This document shows positions 58,723 to 64,000 of a DNA stretch of 64,000 nt, in pieces (positions within the stretch are counted from its first letter, which is position 1; every line of letters begins with the position of its first letter). The DNA is taken from NCBI RefSeq assembly GCF_040938485.1, contig NW_027271348.1, positions 310,001 through 374,000 of the forward strand, read 5' to 3'. Source of the stretch: Diadema antillarum. Its lineage: Eukaryota. The notes beneath the pieces were generated by a model. That model made no database searches. It saw nothing but the letters and a program-made list of their open reading frames with translations, and had not been told where the DNA came from. The translations under genes were made by a program, and so were the position numbers.

Positions 58723-59564
58723 GATAACAATGATAGTAATGATAATGATAATGACAGTAATTAGAAAGGTAACAATAATAACATTAATACCAGCCGGCTT
58801 CTTACCTATGCCTCTTCCTGCCATGGGTGATGTGTTAACGGTGTTAACACTGTATTTTCTGTTCACAAATACAAGTATCCGATCAGCATTTGAGTTTCAA
58901 GCGCGTCTTTTCGGCCGACGGTTTTATACCATCGGAAAGTCACATGACGTCATCGTGACCTATATCGAATGCATCGTAATCTCAAGACGACGTCGCCTAG
59001 CCATCATGTAACCATCGTGTTGCCTTTGTGTGTCCTTCGGGTAAACTTTTAAACGAAAATTCTTGTTTTCGTGTTGCCTTCATGTACGATTCGGGTGCCA
59101 TCGTATGACCTTCTGTATATAGGCATCGTTATTGCTTCGGTTGTTTATTGGCTGTTGACCAACTTTTGGACCAACTTCGCACGAAATGTGGAATTTGTCA
59201 ATTTCGTGACAGTTTGATACTACCGTGCAAAATGTGCTCCTGGTTGTAAATCATCGAAGCATATACAAGAAACAACTATGAGGAAAGATTCATCTCGTAT
59301 CAAAACAAAAACACCAGACTAGAGTTCTGAAGATCACACACCTTTTATTGCCATCGGTTCCGGTTTTATATGCCTATGTGGCCAATTTCCTTCTGCTTAA
59401 TCATCAGCCGTTTTCTCTGCTTGTATTTCGAGCAAAACAGAAAGTGGACAGGACCACAAATGATAACATCACGTTTTCCAACTCTATGGATACTTATGTT
59501 ATACTGTTGAAAATTTATCGATCGCATTTGGAGAGGTTTTCATGGTAAGATGGGTGAGACTGAG

Positions 59565-59610
59565 AGAGCAAGAGAGAGAGAGAGAGAGAGGGAGGGGAGA
59601 GGGAGAGAGA
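59565..59610. repeat. (GA)n microsatellite
   Basis: gagagagcaagagagagagagagagagagggaggggagagggagagaga. Confidence 0.95.
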
Positions 59611-60237
59611 AACAAATCATTTCCCTGCTGATTGCTTTCCCTTTGGTAATGCAAGAAATGTTGAGTTTGCTTGCATGCGATTAAAATACGTCAGAACGTA
59701 ATGTGGCAATCCACTTTTGGTCATTCAAGTCAAACCACAAGTATTTTGTTGCATCGACAGGAGTGATTTCAGTTATAAAACGTCATTATGTTATAACGCG
59801 TTTAAGGTAAGAAATGCGATATCACTTTTCGCGTGTAGGCATTAAAACATTATTACCTTTCTTACGATGTTGTTTGATGTGAATTAAACTAACATTTCTA
59901 CAAAAAAAAGTGAAAAGGAAAATGCTGACACTGATACTTATGATATGCCAGGTGTGCACAACGTCTGTCACCTGGCTCAGATTCGATAATATCTGGTATT
60001 ATTTGTTTTTAACTTTCTTGATGACTCGGAGACCAAAAAATTCATTTTTAAGGACTTTGTTTCTAGCAGCGAATCGCGTACTATTTCATTGTGAATGGAT
60101 CTTACACATTGAAATGATTTTCAGCGTGAGCGTTATGATTGTTCACTGGTAGGTAAGCCAACCCATCTGTCTAGTACAATAAACAAATGCATGCAAACAA
60201 GAAATGGAAATAAGTTATAACTAGTCTTTGCCAGCAG

Positions 60238-60412
60238 ATTGTATTTCAGTTAACGACTTATTCTTTGATAAAGGTTGTTCGTTTTGAAGTCCCCAGCTAT
60301 TGCAAGAATTTTGACGCACAAAGAAGCTCTGTGGAACTTTTTGTATTGATTGTATTACAGTTAACGACTTATTCTTTGATAGAGGTTGTTTCGTTTTGAA
60401 GTCCCTAGCTAT
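60238..60412. repeat. Short direct duplication (~62 bp, period 111)
   Basis: cagttaacgacttattctttgata(a/g)aggttgtt at 60247 and 60358. Confidence 0.85.
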
Positions 60413-60544
60413 GAAATTTTGTTAGACTTCCCGCTTTTTTGTTACCCATTCCACACGTGGTGAGAAATGTTTTAATAAAATAAGTGGAAAATGTCAACTC
60501 ACTATCAAACAGCCAAAAAGAATGTGTGAGGTGGTCATTCTCAC

Positions 60545-60788
60545 CAGAATGGATTCCAATGCGTAGCTTTAGATTGACGTCGGGGCGGTGCCTAACCCGA
60601 AACTGTTTAACAGCATCAAGCAGGTGTAGCGCTGTGGACGCAATCTCAGCCGCGTGTTTGTTCTCGTTTCGCAGGGGAAGTCCGGAGACCAGCATGTAGG
60701 CGTCACCAATGGTCTCCACCTTGTAGACATCGTAGTAGCTGATGATTTCATCAAAAAGTGTGTAGAGATCGTTCAGCATATCAACGAC
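60545..60788 (-). CDS. Receptor-type guanylyl cyclase, internal coding exon (first half of catalytic domain)
   Basis: Acceptor ...ccatctcAG|GTCGTT and donor TCTG|GTgaga; 244 nt = 81 codons + 1. Encodes [81 protein letters not shown](G). Glu in KVETIGD marks GTP specificity; RHRP and SGLP..N are typical of membrane GCs. Confidence 0.97.
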
Positions 60789-61261
60789 CTGAGATGGCAA
60801 TCGAAATGAAACAAAAAATGGATAATTTGTTTTCACTCGACTGATTTCATAGATTATAAATATTTGGTTTTCAAAACTTTACCTTTTTTTCTGATTGTTT
60901 GTATTTATCACCCTAAATGATATGTAGGTATTAGGCACGAATTTCTTTTATTTAGTGGCTATGCCAAAGAATACAAAGAATACCTATTGAGTGCTTCAAC
61001 TACCGTCTCACTACAGTACATAGAGTTTCTATCATAGAGGTATTAGCTCCAGGCTTCTACAGAACGAATATTCTGAAGAGGCAGGGTGAACGCGCTGTGA
61101 CTACAACAATCGTATGGCTTTAATATATTTATGTCGTATGGTTTTAATATATTGATTTTACAACGCCTACATACTCACATCAAGTTATTATTGGCCATAT
61201 GTTGTCACAAAATACTGTATATTTTAAGCATTAAGATATTATTCAGTTTTGTCCGATAGTA

Positions 61262-62744
61262 TTATAGTCAATTTCATATCTTTGTCATTCAAGTTCCTAT
61301 TTCGAGGATTCGATTTCACGCATTCCACGCTCGCAGCACTAAATCAGCAATCAAATTCAAAATCTGGTCATTCGAATGCACTATTGGAGCATTCAAATTC
61401 ACTGTCGGGGCATTCAATATCACTATCGGAGCATTCAAATTCACTATCGGAGCATTCAAATTTAAGAGAGGAGCACGCATTTCAGCAATGAGCATTCAAA
61501 TTCATGTCAAGCTGGCGACGGAATCTCGTCGGTCATTCAAATTCGTGAATAGGTAACCATGTTCCAAATGAATGCATTCTATTTAAAAGAAGTCCTGAAT
61601 TTAGTTAGTTAGTTTGAAGCCGTATATGTGTGTTATTTTCACTTTGCTTTGAATATATTATTGGGATTTCTGATGAAGATTATTTATTTTGCAGTACAGG
61701 TCAACCTTTTCAATGAAAATTTTGAACTCGGGCTTCACGAAAAGGAATATACAGGCACATGCCCCTCAGATAGGACATAAAATGGAGGTCTCATGTGTGA
61801 GAGAGTCACAGATCTTGCACGTATCAAAAAGATCCCACTTCATTTATTAATCGCAAAGAGTAGGGTGTTTAACTGGACCCCATGGAAGACCAGCTACCGC
61901 AGCTTAATATGGGCTACCCAGCTATCTTCTTAGATGAAAAATGAAACAAACAATTAAACAAGCATTAGGCACTGTATAGGCCTACAGATGAGCATAATAC
62001 GGAAGGTTGATTGACACCTTCGGTTTCGACTACATTGAAACTGATAACATGAACATTGCATACGTTTTGTTTGTTGTTTATTGCTATCTTATTGGTTTAC
62101 CTCTCCGGAACTATGTGAGATCATTGTGTGTCAGCTTGTCTTTAAATTGATGCATTTTCATTATGTGGTTATAGTGTTTTGGTATGTTGTCAGCATGCAG
62201 TATCATCAAGAAATATGATTAGATTGTCGTTGTGTTGTTTGGATGCACTGCTGATTGGGCCTTAAAATGTAACATTTATTGAGATGAAAAACAAAGAATA
62301 CATGAACAAAGAACAATGTACAACCTTTAGACAATCATAATTACACTATATGCAAGCCTTCATTGGTTTTGTGTGCCCTTTCTCCTTTCTTAAAAAAGTC
62401 TACTCCATTTTCCTCGTTAAATTGATTGCACGAAGTAGGAACTTGATCGCCTGAAAATGAAACTGAACGCTCCAAACAAGCTCATCGGGACTATCATATT
62501 GACTATCGCGTGAATTTGAATGCACGAGTAGGAAATGCAATGCTCACATTTGGAAAATGAACGTCCAAGCTCGAATTCGATTTGACGAAAACGAAATAGA
62601 ACTCCCATAAATGAAATTGATCGCTCGGATTCTGAATTTGAATGCCCGAATATTTTCCCGTGCGTGCGCTGTGTGAATTTGAATGCACATTAATGAATTG
62701 GAATGACAAAAGTATGAAATTGACCGGGAAAACCTATACTATAA
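61262..62744. mobile_element. Foldback-like non-autonomous transposon with subterminal GCATTCAAATTC repeats
   Basis: 24-bp inverted match gtcaatttcatatctttgtcattc (61267) / gaatgacaaaagtatgaaattgac (62701). GCATTCAAATTC is repeated in the left arm and GAATTTGAATGC in the right arm. Confidence 0.7.
61755..61945 (+). mobile_element. Headless Deu/Nin-domain SINE fragment
   Basis: cccctcagataggacataaaatggaggtc...aaagatcccac...tcgcaaagagtagggtgtttaac matches the Deu-domain layout and the body of the SINE at 26550-26650. Confidence 0.7.
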
Positions 62745-62873
62745 GACAAAACAGAAAAATCATTTAATGCTTAAAATAACAGTATTCTATGAAAACATAT
62801 GGCCAACAATACCTTGATGTGAGTATGTAGGTGAAAGACAAAAACAAATCGACATGTTAGGATATGCTTAATG

Positions 62874-64000
62874 CAGGGCTCCACACTAACTTTTATTTTT
62901 GGTGGCCCGATCGGGCCACCAAAATCATTGATTTTTATTTTTTGGTGGCACGAAAGTAAAATCTGGTGGCCCGAAAAAAAAATCAAGAAAAACATAAGAA
63001 AAACTAAATCGGTCCTACTAAATATAGACAAATAAATATTAAGATATTAAGCATTACTGAAGTGATGCAGGTACCCATGTCTAAAATAAATAAATAGAAA
63101 ATTCAATCATCTTACCGTTATTCTGAGTTCTAAGATTTAGCAAATAGGCTTATAGATTATTATAAAAGTTGATGCCTATTTAGGTGGTCAAAACTTACGT
63201 TTGAAATGAGAAAGTGGGAGCATTTGCAGACATTTATAAACATCCGACATCTGTTTTATCATTGTAAAGAGCCGAAAGTTACCGTTATTCATTTCTGATT
63301 GTAAAAGCAATCATTTATTTTTATTTATTTATTGAAAGGTTTATTTATTCATATCACATCTCGTAGCCCAAGGGGTAAATTGCGTATAATATTACATAAA
63401 ATATATATATATACAAATTCAACCATTCAGACAGGTACAGAATAAAGCATTTGCACGTGTGGTAGAAATGAGTGGGAAAATATCCAAAGTACACAAATCA
63501 ATAAGTTGAGCATTATCCGATATATATCATGCAAAATAAGAACATATTCCACATTTGTCAAAACAAGCAGAACTATATAAAAAAATACTGTGCCTGGTTT
63601 GCCTCTACTCCAATAAAACTACAAAACATCATACACAAGACATCAGGTTTGCATGACTGATAATAATCAAAAATAAAATAAAAATGTGATTGCACAACCC
63701 CAATATAATCATATCAACTGTTTTTTATATTTCATAACCAAATTTTATTCTAATGACTAAATTATCACATGAAACATATACCCTAGCACTCTCACCGACC
63801 CCTACAAAACCCCGTGACCCACATTCTTCTTTAAACATCATCCAAATAACAACATCAAATTCACAAAATAGTTCCTCTAACTGTCCCAAAAAATACATAA
63901 AATCATCCAACATTTACTAGTATTTTAGCACCTTACGGAGCCGAATGTTACCGTTAATCATTTTCAAATGTAAAAGCAAACAACCGACATTCATTTTAGC
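62874..64000. mobile_element. Left end of a hAT-like non-autonomous element, followed by reverse-oriented units of the 72-bp minisatellite
   Basis: Starts CAGGGCTCCACACTAAC (CAGGG termini are typical of hAT). The palindrome ggtggcccgatcgggccacc is also seen at window positions 1-15. Minisatellite monomers on the minus strand at ~63236-63312 and 63920-64000. Confidence 0.55.

Larger units (their letters stand above)
46897..60544 (-). other. Penultimate intron of the guanylyl cyclase gene (13,648 bp, phase 1)
   Basis: GT at 60544-60543 and AG at 46898-46897; G+GC restores Gly of IHSGSTVAG. Confidence 0.92.

Noticed and set aside
59225-59330. THAP-like start (C-A-P-G-C-K-S) of a transposase
   Set aside because: Only a CxxGC motif; the frame closes quickly and the later THAP Trp/Cys/His residues are not visible.
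60405-60544. ORF-track extension ENDHLTHSF... after IHSG (and KTNYPFF... before VVDML)
   Set aside because: Intronic read-through past the GT donor and before the AG acceptor.
63725-63913. 62-aa minus-strand ORF as a host exon
   Set aside because: No cyclase similarity; more likely the decayed 3' end of a LINE, and too weak to classify.
60789-64000. Next upstream cyclase exon (expected ...VTIYFSDIVGFT...Q)
   Set aside because: No such motif found in this stretch; the exon must lie beyond the window.

Overview
AT-rich animal genomic DNA, most likely an invertebrate deuterostome and probably an echinoderm (inferred from the Deu-domain SINEs, Mag/SURL-type Gypsy and CR1/L2/RTE LINEs; not proven). 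The only host gene I can support is the 3' end of a membrane (receptor-type) guanylyl cyclase on the minus strand. Three coding exons (60545-60788, 46798-46896, 7702-8372) splice in frame across canonical GT-AG introns of 13.6 kb and 38.4 kb. They encode the catalytic domain plus a ~190-aa tail ending in a class I PDZ-type motif (ETMV*). The upstream exons lie beyond the window. The introns are a stack of mobile DNA: four CR1-group LINEs, two L2, an RTE, a further decayed LINE, a DIRS tyrosine-recombinase retroelement, a Gypsy LTR element, several MITEs, Deu/Nin-domain SINEs and tandem repeats. Two nested insertions can be rebuilt to the base. The most unusual observations are: (1) a SINE copy whose tRNA-derived head is preceded by a ~52-nt 7SL (SRP Alu-domain)-like segment, a possible 7SL-tRNA-Deu chimeric SINE outside vertebrates; (2) a degenerate ~230-bp tandem array of tRNA-like units in the last intron, with a TTAGGG-containing MITE inserted in one anticodon arm. 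There is a 184-N assembly gap at 2641-2824. All family assignments come from motif recognition by eye, not database searches.
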